Source: a virus
Taxonomy: Duplodnaviria; Heunggongvirae; Uroviricota; Caudoviricetes
Reading direction: 5' to 3' (one strand)
IMG/VR virus record: IMGVR_UViG_3300038829_000114
Length of the DNA: 64,000 nucleotides
Under the pieces are notes generated by a model. That model was not told the origin of the DNA. It saw only the letters and a list, made by a program, of their open reading frames with translations, and searched no databases. Made by a program: the position numbers and the translations under genes. Positions 26,577-35,895 of this stretch are shown piece by piece (the stretch's first letter is position 1; the number at the start of each line of letters is the position of its first letter).

Positions 26577-26792
26577 ATGAGTAAACAAAACAACACGACT
26601 GCCGACTTGGTTTTGCACCATGATGATAGGTGCGAAGCCAGATTGTGGGATGGTTATTGCAAAGTCTGTTGTATTCACCCTGATATGCAAAGTACAGCTT
26701 TATGGAATTACTGCCCAGTATGTAAGATACCTTTAAACAAATTGACTTGTTCGGCGTGCAAACAAACATTTAAAAGTGATAGAGACTACTAA
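26577..26792 (+). CDS. Cys-rich small protein
   Basis: CEARLWDGYCKVCC…CPVCK…CSACK. Confidence 0.45.
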   Translation: MSKQNNTTADLVLHHDDRCEARLWDGYCKVCCIHPDMQSTALWNYCPVCKIPLNKLTCSACKQTFKSDRDY

Positions 26793-26795
26793 ACC

Positions 26796-27083
26796 ATGAT
26801 AAAATCAGACCAAACAATCAAAGTAATTTTAGCTGCCGGGGATATACCCGATGGTGCTACAGTAACGAAAGTAACGGGTGAGCAGCAATTTACGTTAAAA
26901 CGAAATTTGAAGATTTATGGGGAGCATGGTGTAGAGATTACTAACACATCTGATAAAGTTTTGTTCATGGTCTCTAGTGGTGGTGTAATCAATACAATAG
27001 ATAAAGATAAGATGCTGTGTTGGCTTACTACGCCTAAGTGGTTGTTTGAGGTGGCCAGGGAAGAAGAAATGGAGGATAAATAA
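26796..27083 (+). CDS. hypothetical protein
   Basis: ORF. Confidence 0.5.
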   Translation: MIKSDQTIKVILAAGDIPDGATVTKVTGEQQFTLKRNLKIYGEHGVEITNTSDKVLFMVSSGGVINTIDKDKMLCWLTTPKWLFEVAREEEMEDK

Positions 27084-27084
27084 T

Positions 27085-27732
27085 ATGGAGTTCGTTTGTT
27101 ACATTGCTAAGACTCGTAAAGATAAATACAAGCCTTTTGTTGGTAAGATTGTGGAGAGTGAAGGGGATGATGATTCCTTCATCTTCGCTCTAGGTAATCT
27201 TACTGCGTGGGATACTCTAAAGGGGGCGCGTGAGGTTATGTTAAAAGAGGCTCCAAAAGACGCAAAAATATATCTAAACCCATATAAGGTGACCGATGGT
27301 ATTCTCTGGGTATCTGAGTTAGAGAAGAACGAGCAATTGGTTTATGATGAGGCTCTTGAGATTGCACCAGTAATCCCAGAAAAAGTTATTGAACCTGTTG
27401 TTCGCTGTGATAAGTACAAAGTTTATAGAGACACCTTAACCAAACTAGAGGGGTATGGCCTTTACTATAGCAGCCAAAATTCTGTGTATTTTGTAAAAGA
27501 GGTTGGCGTAAGTCGGTTGGTAAAGTTTACTGTCTATGATCTATTGCGCGGTGAAGTATCTACTCGTAAAAAGAGTGTAACTAAATTTTTACTTGCTGAC
27601 GGCGTTACTTTTGCAAATAAAATCAGCTTAGCTACGCCTGAGATGCTCAGAGTAGTTAGTGATGCTGTTTGGATTGATATTGGTGATTTGGATGCTAAAT
27701 ATAACCCTAACTATGGTAAGGTTTATGCCTAA
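27085..27732 (+). CDS. hypothetical protein
   Basis: RBS GGAGGATAAATAATATG places the start at 27085. Confidence 0.55.
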   Translation: MEFVCYIAKTRKDKYKPFVGKIVESEGDDDSFIFALGNLTAWDTLKGAREVMLKEAPKDAKIYLNPYKVTDGILWVSELEKNEQLVYDEALEIAPVIPEKVIEPVVRCDKYKVYRDTLTKLEGYGLYYSSQNSVYFVKEVGVSRLVKFTVYDLLRGEVSTRKKSVTKFLLADGVTFANKISLATPEMLRVVSDAVWIDIGDLDAKYNPNYGKVYA

Positions 27733-27916
27733 AAAAATAACAAAGACAGTTAAGCGAAGCGAGTTGACTAATCTAAAAATGGTCGCTGGGAATGAGAAGC
27801 GGTACTCTACAGTGATTATAGATGGATACGTTAAGGATTGGGTTGGTTTTGGTTGGGTTACGTTGGACAAAGCAACAGCAGCGGATAAGAAGAAATTTCC
27901 TACCGCTGTTTACTAG
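27725..27916 (+). CDS. hypothetical basic protein
   Basis: ATG overlaps the upstream 3' end. Confidence 0.4.
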   Translation: MPKKITKTVKRSELTNLKMVAGNEKRYSTVIIDGYVKDWVGFGWVTLDKATAADKKKFPTAVY

Positions 27917-28063
27917 AACACGCTAATTTTATTGACAAATTTTAGATAGTGTGTTAAAATGAGTTCAGCACCGGGGGCTTGGGGGTATAAGATAGCTCTT
28001 TTAGAGACACTAAACTACCTGATTTGCAAAATTGAGTAAACCTTGGTAAGATAGAGACACTAT

Positions 28064-28276
28064 ATGAAAAAACTTAAACTAAAAATTGGCGACAAGATTA
28101 CACACAATAAGACTGGCAAAGATGTTGTTGAGCATGTTCGTGGTTTTGTTGATGGAAACCAAGTTGTTACCCGTTTCTGGAACAGTGAGGGAAGCGTTTG
28201 GGAGTATGGTGTAAAGCATGTTTTTGTTTATCAGTTTATGTGTCAACACGGTTTAATTAAAGTGAGGCAGCGGTAG
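28064..28276 (+). CDS. hypothetical protein
   Basis: TTGACA-17-GTTAAAAT promoter upstream. Confidence 0.5.
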   Translation: MKKLKLKIGDKITHNKTGKDVVEHVRGFVDGNQVVTRFWNSEGSVWEYGVKHVFVYQFMCQHGLIKVRQR

Positions 28277-28281
28277 CTCGT

Positions 28282-28521
28282 ATGTTTTTTTACCAAAGAA
28301 CATTACCGAGTGGGAACAAACAATCAATTGAGTTTTTTAGTTATAGGTATTGCCGGTGCGTTGATTTTGGATTTACTGTATATAGTTTTTCCACACAACA
28401 TCAAAAGAGATTACTAGAACAAAAAGGGTTTACGTCTTTTAACAGATGTCTTGAGGCTGCAAAAGACCTTATTAATAAAACCTCACCAGATTCTGGGGTG
28501 TGGGAGCTTGTAGAACAATGA
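28282..28521 (+). CDS. hypothetical protein
   Basis: ORF. Confidence 0.4.
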   Translation: MFFYQRTLPSGNKQSIEFFSYRYCRCVDFGFTVYSFSTQHQKRLLEQKGFTSFNRCLEAAKDLINKTSPDSGVWELVEQ

Positions 28522-29000
28522 ATCAACTACCGCTTATAAGCCCTATAATCTCGTTTTTTGAGGGTTCTGGTACCGACCATAGGGGTAGACACCTAAAAAC
28601 GATTTTAAGCTATAATAACGAGATTATAGAGACTTCCCACGACATTATCCAATGGGTGTTCCCGCTACCGGAAGCTAGTAACCACAGCGATCATGCTCCA
28701 ATTCTCACGGAAGCTGACATTAAATCGTTTCGAGATAGTGCTAGTTTGCAGCGTCAGGCATGGGAAAATTCTGTTTGGTTTAGAAACTTTTTAATAGCTA
28801 CTACAGCTTGGCGGCGGCATAGAGACCACAACCACTTAAGAATTACACGGGCTATTCGATTTTTGACTTTGGTTGGATTAAAGAACAATGCTGATGTTTT
28901 ACACAGCACGGCCCTGCATTTGGCTTTTGATGTTGTATCGGACCAAACAAAAATATATTGGGAAGAAGCACTAAAAGAAAAACCTTCTTGGTTAGAATAG
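28518..29000 (+). CDS. OGFr-N-like conserved-region protein
   Basis: HDIIQWVFPLPEASNHSDHAPILTEAD resembles the OGFr_N core HxYIQWLFPL…E.S…AP.LT…E. Confidence 0.45.
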   Translation: MNQLPLISPIISFFEGSGTDHRGRHLKTILSYNNEIIETSHDIIQWVFPLPEASNHSDHAPILTEADIKSFRDSASLQRQAWENSVWFRNFLIATTAWRRHRDHNHLRITRAIRFLTLVGLKNNADVLHSTALHLAFDVVSDQTKIYWEEALKEKPSWLE

Positions 29001-29016
29001 TTAGCTTGGTGGTGTC

Positions 29017-29508
29017 ATGCAACTATCTATCAAAAATAGAGAGATGACTTTAGTTACCTACGGGTGTGGTGATAAACTATCGCGCCGGAAATTTAAGCCT
29101 ATAGAGAATGATACATACAGAAACAAACCAGACGGTGGGTTGTGGACTAGCCCGTATCGTTCCAAATGGGGTTGGCGCAAATGGGGAAAAGTAAACCAGT
29201 ATGGCGATTTTAAGACATCTTTTAAATTACGTTTTGAAGGTATGCTTGCTGTAGTTGATTCTAAGTGGCATATGGATAGACTACCGTGGACACTAGTAAA
29301 ACTTCCGAGTTTAGGTGGACGGGCTGTAACTTATTACACACTAGATTTTAAAAAAATTGCTGACATTGGTGTAGATGGCATCCACTTAACGGTTAGGGGT
29401 GAACAAGAGACTCGATATAGTATGGGCAGGATTGGTAAGAGTCTCTATGGCTGGGATTGCGAAACTGTGTTACTATTTAACTTAGATTGTGTTACACAAA
29501 TAAAGTAG
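29017..29508 (+). CDS. hypothetical protein, family Y
   Basis: Paralogue of 24272..24772. Confidence 0.55.
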   Translation: MQLSIKNREMTLVTYGCGDKLSRRKFKPIENDTYRNKPDGGLWTSPYRSKWGWRKWGKVNQYGDFKTSFKLRFEGMLAVVDSKWHMDRLPWTLVKLPSLGGRAVTYYTLDFKKIADIGVDGIHLTVRGEQETRYSMGRIGKSLYGWDCETVLLFNLDCVTQIK

Positions 29509-29514
29509 GTTGCT

Positions 29515-29820
29515 ATGCTAGAGTTAGGAACATTAACAGGATTCTACCGAGTTAAAGACCACTGCTTAGACCGTCTATTTGAGAGAATGGATCGTAGAAC
29601 AAGGTTGGATTTGGGGATAACTAAAGCGCCGCTGAATAAGACCGACCTCGTGCCAGCACTAAAAATTATGTTAAATGATTCTGTTGGTTTGAATGATCCT
29701 GAAAAATGCCGTCGCTTAAAAGAAACGTATGGCCACGGGCATACTTTTAGACAATACAAGAACTGGGTTTTTGTTATCGTTGATAATGTCAACGTAGTTA
29801 CATGTTATCAAGACCTATGA
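29515..29820 (+). CDS. hypothetical protein
   Basis: ORF. Confidence 0.5.
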   Translation: MLELGTLTGFYRVKDHCLDRLFERMDRRTRLDLGITKAPLNKTDLVPALKIMLNDSVGLNDPEKCRRLKETYGHGHTFRQYKNWVFVIVDNVNVVTCYQDL

Positions 29821-29859
29821 CTGTTTGCACAAAAATTTAAAGTGTGGTAGGATATACAA

Positions 29860-30237
29860 ATGAGTAGAAAAACACAGATCAATAAATTAAATAAAAAGCT
29901 ATCAAAATTTCTCAGCGAGTTATCCAAGGCTGAGCATGGCGAGACCGCTGCGATTACGGATGGAGACATAAACAGCCTACATGAAATTTTTAGTTTAATT
30001 GTGGAGCTTAAATATGAGGCTGATTGCGGCGGAGACCGTCCTGTAGAGTTCTCAATCACTGACAGGACTATATGCGAAAGCGACCATTTTCTGCCTGTAC
30101 CGTATCGACACAAAGACAAGGATGGGCATTGCTTCGCCGTTGTATCAAATGTGGAAATAGCTGCTAGTAGATTACGAGGGGTCTCGCACTATCTAAGAGA
30201 TAAGGCTACTGAAATACCGCCGCCAGAGGAAGCATGA
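29860..30237 (+). CDS. hypothetical protein
   Basis: ORF. Confidence 0.5.
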   Translation: MSRKTQINKLNKKLSKFLSELSKAEHGETAAITDGDINSLHEIFSLIVELKYEADCGGDRPVEFSITDRTICESDHFLPVPYRHKDKDGHCFAVVSNVEIAASRLRGVSHYLRDKATEIPPPEEA

Positions 30238-30476
30238 AAAAACAAGTTTTGACAGACACAGAATGGGCTGTTATCTGCACAATTCATATAGAACCTAAAT
30301 ATAGGTTTCAATATGAAGAAGCTCGTTGGGCTAAGCGTATGCAAGAAAAAGGTTTACTAAAATTTATTGGCGACAAAAATTATAAGGTTACTGCTAGGGC
30401 CGAACGTCTTTACGATAGGTATAACCAAGAAAATTTCTTAAATATCTCAAGTAGAGCTACTAAGAAAGCAGAGTAG
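30234..30476 (+). CDS. hypothetical protein
   Basis: ATGA overlap. Confidence 0.5.
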   Translation: MKKQVLTDTEWAVICTIHIEPKYRFQYEEARWAKRMQEKGLLKFIGDKNYKVTARAERLYDRYNQENFLNISSRATKKAE

Positions 30477-30520
30477 AAAAATCTGTTGCCTGGTGTTATA
30501 GTATTTGAAAGGACACAGCA

Positions 30521-31075
30521 ATGCAAACCATTTATCAAAAATTTCGTGCGGAGAAGGTTGGTAAGGAATTTAAGTTCCAAAAATATCCTGACTGTTTAGG
30601 AAGCGGGAGCTATGGTAGCGTTTTTGCTGTTGACGATACTAAAGTTGTTAAAGTAACTTGTGATAAAAGGGAAATTTGGCCTGCCAGAAAAATTCAGAAA
30701 ACAAAGTTTAAACATGTATGGGAAATATACAACATCTCTACTTTGAACATAAATGGTATAGCTTATTTTGCTATTGTCGGAGAGCGTTTAAGTTTACCAA
30801 ATTCAATTGGCAGAGGTTTGCTATCTCAAGCAACCAGCATATCAAACAGAGCTTTTGAGATGAGGGTTACTATAGAGAAAACAGCACAATACCGTTTGTG
30901 TGACCTAAACAAACGGAAAAAACATATAGTATTAGAAACGGCGACACAACATTTGGCTGGGATTAAAGAGGCAAAGAAAAAAATCAGTAAAAATAGTTGG
31001 GATTTTCACTCTGGTAATTGTTTGTTTGACAAGTCTGGAAATCTTAAACTCTTTGATATTTTGGTTGCTGATTAA
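30521..31075 (+). CDS. protein-kinase-like protein (compact)
   Basis: Gly-loop GSGSYGSV plus VVKV lysine, and a degenerate catalytic/DFG-like region HSGNCLFD…LKLFDI. Confidence 0.4.
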   Translation: MQTIYQKFRAEKVGKEFKFQKYPDCLGSGSYGSVFAVDDTKVVKVTCDKREIWPARKIQKTKFKHVWEIYNISTLNINGIAYFAIVGERLSLPNSIGRGLLSQATSISNRAFEMRVTIEKTAQYRLCDLNKRKKHIVLETATQHLAGIKEAKKKISKNSWDFHSGNCLFDKSGNLKLFDILVAD

Positions 31076-31314
31076 TGTTATTTGAAAACAACCTTTACAA
31101 AACCGGGTACTACGCAAATTACCGTGGTAATGCTTCTGGGTGTCACGTTGTAGACTTTAAGACACATAAAGCAATTTGCGGTTATAAACCAGCATCCAGT
31201 ATGATGTTTCAATGGTGCGCTTACCATGTTGTAGAGGATTATGTCCGGTGCAGAAAATGCTTAGATCGACTTGATAAAGACCGTAGAGAACGAAATAAAA
31301 TGTTAGTTATTTAG
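31075..31314 (+). CDS. small Cys protein
   Basis: ORF with ATGA overlap. Confidence 0.45.
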   Translation: MLFENNLYKTGYYANYRGNASGCHVVDFKTHKAICGYKPASSMMFQWCAYHVVEDYVRCRKCLDRLDKDRRERNKMLVI

Positions 31315-31324
31315 GGGAATAGAT

Positions 31325-31807
31325 TTGTCCAACGATAATAAATACTGTTTCCTAGATATGGACGGCGTTCTCGTTACAGCGGCGTCCTGTGCTTTAGCTG
31401 GTGGCGCTCATTACACACGGCCAAAATGCGTTGTAATAGAGAAACTAAGGCTTTTTGACGACTTTGTTCGGGAAACAGGATGTAGGGTGGTTTTATCATC
31501 TTCATGGCGTATAAACCAATTTGAAGGTATTAAAACGATGTTTAAAGAGTTGGGTGCCAGCTTTGAGCTACATGACAAGACACCTTCAGGCTCCGAGATG
31601 GTGGGTAGTCTCTATATAGGTAGACTTCGAGGCAATGAGATTAGAGAGTGGATGGATAAGCACAATGTAACGTCACAGAATGTCGTTATTTTTGATGATT
31701 CTGATGACATGGATGATCTACTAGATAGACTGGTACAAACGACCTGGGAAAACGGTTTAGAGACTCCACACATAGAGACAGCTAGGCGTTTGCTTGGGTT
31801 TGCTTAA
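31325..31807 (+). CDS. HAD-superfamily phosphatase-like protein (TTG start)
   Basis: CFLDMDGVLV motif I; paralogue of 7951..8445. RBS AGGGGA before the TTG. Confidence 0.55.
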   Translation: MSNDNKYCFLDMDGVLVTAASCALAGGAHYTRPKCVVIEKLRLFDDFVRETGCRVVLSSSWRINQFEGIKTMFKELGASFELHDKTPSGSEMVGSLYIGRLRGNEIREWMDKHNVTSQNVVIFDDSDDMDDLLDRLVQTTWENGLETPHIETARRLLGFA

Positions 31808-31848
31808 AAACATTGTGTGTGATATTATGGGGGAGTAAGGATAAAAAT

Positions 31849-32130
31849 ATGGACATTAAAGATAAAAGCCCTGCTGAATTGGCTGAGTTAATAGACACAA
31901 GCGGATACACTCTCGGTATCTGTACTGGTCTCGAACAAGCTGCTGGATTTCTTCTAAAAGAGTCTGGAGAGCTTTTTAAACACAATCAGGACAAGTTAGC
32001 TAATCAGCTAAGAGAATTTTCTACCAAAATTGCTAAGTTGGCAGATAAGCAAAGAAAATTATATGATGAAGAATTTCAACCTGGCCGCAACGAGTGTTAC
32101 AAAGAATTAGAAAAAGCTGCGTGGAAATAA
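31849..32130 (+). CDS. hypothetical protein
   Basis: RBS GGGGGAGTAAGG before ATG 31849. Confidence 0.5.
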   Translation: MDIKDKSPAELAELIDTSGYTLGICTGLEQAAGFLLKESGELFKHNQDKLANQLREFSTKIAKLADKQRKLYDEEFQPGRNECYKELEKAAWK

Positions 32131-32274
32131 ATCTGATCTATACAGGTTTAAAGCTAAATTTAAGCGTGACGTTGACAAATACACTAACTCCCTCTAAAAG
32201 ATATATCTAAAACATTTTGTAGAAACCTTTAGTATATTGAGGTATACTGGTTTTATTACTTAAAGGAGATTCAA

Positions 32275-32532
32275 ATGCCTGTACGAAAAGCAAAGCGATA
32301 CGATTTTAAAAACCTTGGCTTAACCGTTATGGTTGAGCCTGGTGGTGTTGGAGAAACTGTTTCAACACTATTCAAAGCAGATGATAACGACGAAACCAAT
32401 GCAGCTTTCAGTGCTCTTGAAAGTCTTATCTTGGCCTGTGCCTGTGAGGGTATTGACATTGGCTCTAAGAAATTTCGGAGCGCAATTGCTACGGCCCATG
32501 ACGCAATCATAAACAACCTGGAAGGAAACTAA
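32275..32532 (+). CDS. hypothetical protein
   Basis: RBS AAAGGAG. Confidence 0.5.
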   Translation: MPVRKAKRYDFKNLGLTVMVEPGGVGETVSTLFKADDNDETNAAFSALESLILACACEGIDIGSKKFRSAIATAHDAIINNLEGN

Positions 32533-32533
32533 C

Positions 32534-32707
32534 ATGGAAACTTGGGTACTGGTTATTATGGTTTATATACACCGACAAGGCTCTGTAGCTGTCTCTGTTG
32601 AATCTGTTCCTGGTTTTAAATCTGAGGCGTCTTGTAAGGTTGCTGAGAGTTTGGTTGCAAGCGAGTTTAAATCGGGTATTACGGACACTTTTTGTACGAA
32701 ACAGTAA
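32534..32707 (+). CDS. 57-aa protein; not in the track
   Basis: Manual ORF with RBS GGAAGGAAACTAACATG. Confidence 0.4.
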   Translation: METWVLVIMVYIHRQGSVAVSVESVPGFKSEASCKVAESLVASEFKSGITDTFCTKQ

Positions 32708-32736
32708 ATTTATTACATTACGAGGATATAAAATAT

Positions 32737-33057
32737 ATGAATATTTTCAAATCTATTTTTCATTTAGAGGCATCTACAACTATTTCAGTAACAGTTGCTG
32801 TAATCAGCTATTTACTGACTGTTGTCTATGCCTCTTATGTTCTTACAAAAGAGAAAGATTCTTTACTAGGCCATGTTATATTGGTACCTATCGCTAGTTT
32901 TGTTTTCTCTATAGCGATTTTTGTGTTTGTAAAGCTATATGGTGCTGTTATTATATTTTCGATTGTTATTTTTATCAGCGCACTATTAATGTTTGCCACA
33001 AAATATCTAACCCAGAGATTAACAGGTAAAAAAGAGAGTCCCTCTTTTAGAGGGTAA
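32737..33057 (+). CDS. membrane protein
   Basis: RBS GAGGATATAAAATATATG; three TM segments. Confidence 0.5.
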   Translation: MNIFKSIFHLEASTTISVTVAVISYLLTVVYASYVLTKEKDSLLGHVILVPIASFVFSIAIFVFVKLYGAVIIFSIVIFISALLMFATKYLTQRLTGKKESPSFRG

Positions 33058-33121
33058 GATTCTGCACCGTTGAAAAAAGTGTTGATGTAGGGTAAACTAA
33101 AAGTAAATAAAGGATGGTTAT

Positions 33122-33454
33122 ATGCCAAAGAAAGAAAAGTTAGAGATTCAAAAATGCTTGGTTCTGAGTACGGCACACATTGACTATAAAGCGATCAGCC
33201 CGAACAGTTTCCACGGTGACATTCTCGACTGCGGTGAAGATGTTCGAGTAAGCGTTCACGAATATGGCTGGTTCTGTTTCCTTTATCACGAAATGTCTAG
33301 CTACGAAACAAAAGGTGGTAAGTTTCCTAACGTGGCAAAGTGGTTTGTACCCATCCTCAAGTATTGCTTGAAGAATAAGATTTATATGGTTAATTTTGAC
33401 CAAGATGGCACCACTTACGATATGTTTAAAAACTACGAGAGTACCTGGGGTTAA
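33122..33454 (+). CDS. hypothetical protein
   Basis: RBS AAAGGATGG. Confidence 0.55.
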   Translation: MPKKEKLEIQKCLVLSTAHIDYKAISPNSFHGDILDCGEDVRVSVHEYGWFCFLYHEMSSYETKGGKFPNVAKWFVPILKYCLKNKIYMVNFDQDGTTYDMFKNYESTWG

Positions 33455-33457
33455 ACC

Positions 33458-33793
33458 ATGAGTACAGCGTATAGAATTGCAAAAGAGGCGGCTGATAAGG
33501 GTATTAAGGTAGAACTGTTACCTAACAACGTTTTTAGGGTTTATGGGTTTTCTAAGTCTGGTTATGCGGATATAAACGACGAGATAGATTATTCTGTAAC
33601 CGTAAAATGCCGATACAAAAGCGAACATACGGTAATTGAATTTGATGGGCTTGCTGAAATTGCGTATGACTGGTACAAACGGTATAGAGATGTTGCTACT
33701 TTTAGTGAACCAGACCCAAGTTGGCTACCGGTTTTTATTGAAAGAGGTTGGGTTACTGTTGCAAGCCAGCCCGTATATACGACACATCGTTAA
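33458..33793 (+). CDS. hypothetical protein
   Basis: ORF. Confidence 0.55.
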   Translation: MSTAYRIAKEAADKGIKVELLPNNVFRVYGFSKSGYADINDEIDYSVTVKCRYKSEHTVIEFDGLAEIAYDWYKRYRDVATFSEPDPSWLPVFIERGWVTVASQPVYTTHR

Positions 33794-33819
33794 GACACTA
33801 ACTTAGGAGATTATTACCA

Positions 33820-34065
33820 ATGTCGCTAACAAATATTGAGTTTGAACTTGTTCTAACGGCTGTTGGCCGTGTAGGAACATATGACCCCGACGAGTCTCTT
33901 TACTGCATTGAAGAGATGTTGACAGCTAAATCCTACGATAAATTACATGGCTTTTTATCTTGGTGCCACAAAAATGGAAAAAGTTTTGGGCATGGAAACC
34001 TAGATAAAATATTCCAAGAGTATAAGAAAAATAGCTCTAATCGAGCTAGTAAAAAACTTAAGTAG
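33820..34065 (+). CDS. hypothetical protein
   Basis: RBS TAGGAGA. Confidence 0.5.
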   Translation: MSLTNIEFELVLTAVGRVGTYDPDESLYCIEEMLTAKSYDKLHGFLSWCHKNGKSFGHGNLDKIFQEYKKNSSNRASKKLK

Positions 34066-34116
34066 TCATCCAATATCGTTAGTGTTATTATATAAATAAC
34101 TAAAGGAAACAAAATT

Positions 34117-34662
34117 ATGTCAACACGCTGCCACATTGCTTTGTACGAAAAACAAAATGCTCCAAGCAACTCCACCCTAGACAATTACTCGGTGTTACTC
34201 TACCGACATTGTGACGGTTATCCCGGTTCTGTAACCAAAAGTGGGCGCTGTAGAGACATCGGCGTATTGTCAGATATTGTAACGTTTCTACACCGTTTTA
34301 ATCGACAACGTGGTGTTAATGACGTTGAATATGCTGGCGCTTGGTTGATGCACCATTTGCTTGAAATACACGTTAAAGACATGCGGAAATTTGTGGATGC
34401 AAATAGCGTTAAAAAAGACGGTAAAGATTTTCTTGGCCATGGTGTATGTCAAAAAGGCGGGCACCATGGAGACATTGAGTATTTTTACGCAATTTTTCAA
34501 AATCCAGATAACTATAATGAAATTGTAGTTCACGTATTTGAGGCAAATCTGTGGGACGATGTAAGCCTGCGTGACGGTTTGAAATTAGCACAAACAATTC
34601 GTATCAACACAGAGAACGAGAAACCTCTTGTTCACACTGAAATTTTGAGAGCGAGTGAATAA
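34117..34662 (+). CDS. hypothetical protein
   Basis: RBS AAAGGAAAC. Confidence 0.55.
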   Translation: MSTRCHIALYEKQNAPSNSTLDNYSVLLYRHCDGYPGSVTKSGRCRDIGVLSDIVTFLHRFNRQRGVNDVEYAGAWLMHHLLEIHVKDMRKFVDANSVKKDGKDFLGHGVCQKGGHHGDIEYFYAIFQNPDNYNEIVVHVFEANLWDDVSLRDGLKLAQTIRINTENEKPLVHTEILRASE

Positions 34663-34840
34663 TATGGAAAACTTTAACGATCTTATTTTGTATTGCATGC
34701 GTAAAGACATTGCTTTTCACTATAGCCCAGACGGTCATGGAAGCGTTCGTTGGCGACTTGAATATGCTGGGCGGGCATACTACGATACAACCTTAGAACG
34801 AGCTTTAGCTCAAGTTAAAGCTGACGATGCTTGTTTGTAA
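34655..34840 (+). CDS. hypothetical protein
   Basis: ORF. Confidence 0.45.
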   Translation: MNNMENFNDLILYCMRKDIAFHYSPDGHGSVRWRLEYAGRAYYDTTLERALAQVKADDACL

Positions 34841-34882
34841 TTAGTCGGTGTCTATGGTATACTACTATAATAGGAGTGAGTA

Positions 34883-35152
34883 ATGAAACGTTTTTTAGCT
34901 ATTTTGTTAATCTGTTTTATGACTGTTGCTTGTGGCGACGGTATGGTAATTAAGGGTATTTATCGAGACACCTATGGAATTTTCTCAGAACCCGAAATCA
35001 AAGATGAGTGTGTTGTTTATAAAACAGTTACAGGCAACATTATCTGGTCCATCCTGTTGATTGAAACAATCATTATTCCTGTGTGGTTGATTGGCTGGGA
35101 TTTATATGAACCAGTTGGAATTAAACCCGAATGTAAGAACAGCTTGTTTTAA
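34883..35152 (+). CDS. lipoprotein
   Basis: MKRFLAILLICFMTVAC signal peptide with a lipobox. Confidence 0.5.
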   Translation: MKRFLAILLICFMTVACGDGMVIKGIYRDTYGIFSEPEIKDECVVYKTVTGNIIWSILLIETIIIPVWLIGWDLYEPVGIKPECKNSLF

Positions 35153-35173
35153 GTATTTAAAAGGAGAATTAAA

Positions 35174-35545
35174 ATGGGATTAGACGTACATTTACACATC
35201 GAAGGCGTTAAGCCAGCGGACGAGAATTTTAATAAGAAACTAAAGGTTTTAAAAGCGTGTCATGAAGCTGGTGTGGAAGCTCCAGAAGAAATTTTAGAGT
35301 TTTTTGAGGTAGGCTCGACAGAAGAATATTTTCACGAGAATGTTGATGATGGTGGAGTGACTGTAAAAATCTCTGATCGTGATGTTTTGCGCGGGATTGA
35401 TCGTAAACCAAATGTTGAAAAAGGTTTTGAAAGCTGTGTCAGTTCGCTGCCAGAACACAACTACAGAAACGGGTTTTATATTGACTTGGAAAAAATACCT
35501 AAAGACATTAAATTGTTAAGGGTTTTTACAAGTAATAGTTATTAA
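35174..35545 (+). CDS. hypothetical acidic protein
   Basis: RBS AAAGGAGAA. Confidence 0.55.
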   Translation: MGLDVHLHIEGVKPADENFNKKLKVLKACHEAGVEAPEEILEFFEVGSTEEYFHENVDDGGVTVKISDRDVLRGIDRKPNVEKGFESCVSSLPEHNYRNGFYIDLEKIPKDIKLLRVFTSNSY

Positions 35546-35557
35546 TACCAGAGATAT

Positions 35558-35572
35558 AAGACAGTGACTAAT
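35558..35572 (+). repeat. junction motif TAAGACAGTGACTAATAT immediately before ATG 35575; the only copy outside the 15.7-20.6 kb cluster
   Basis: Motif family member. Confidence 0.4.
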
Positions 35573-35574
35573 AT

Positions 35575-35829
35575 ATGAAAATAATTTTAATTTTCTTTGC
35601 TCTTTATGCTTATGTTGTTATAACCCAGCTAATGGTTTTGTTGTATCTATGTGGTACAGAAAAACCTACATTAAAAGCATATCTAGGTATTGTCATCGGA
35701 TGGCCAGTTATTCCTTTGGGATGGCTTATCTACACGGCAACAAGACCTGTTGATAGATCGCTTGAGACTATTTTCAGGCTGTCCTTAAAACACTTTGGTA
35801 AGAATGTTGAATACAAACCTAAAATGTAA
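35575..35829 (+). CDS. membrane protein
   Basis: Two TM segments. Confidence 0.5.
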   Translation: MKIILIFFALYAYVVITQLMVLLYLCGTEKPTLKAYLGIVIGWPVIPLGWLIYTATRPVDRSLETIFRLSLKHFGKNVEYKPKM

Positions 35830-35895
35830 TTTGCAAATTTTTTGTTGGCGTGTTAAGATAATAAAACTGAATAAACAAAATAGGAGATAATACAT

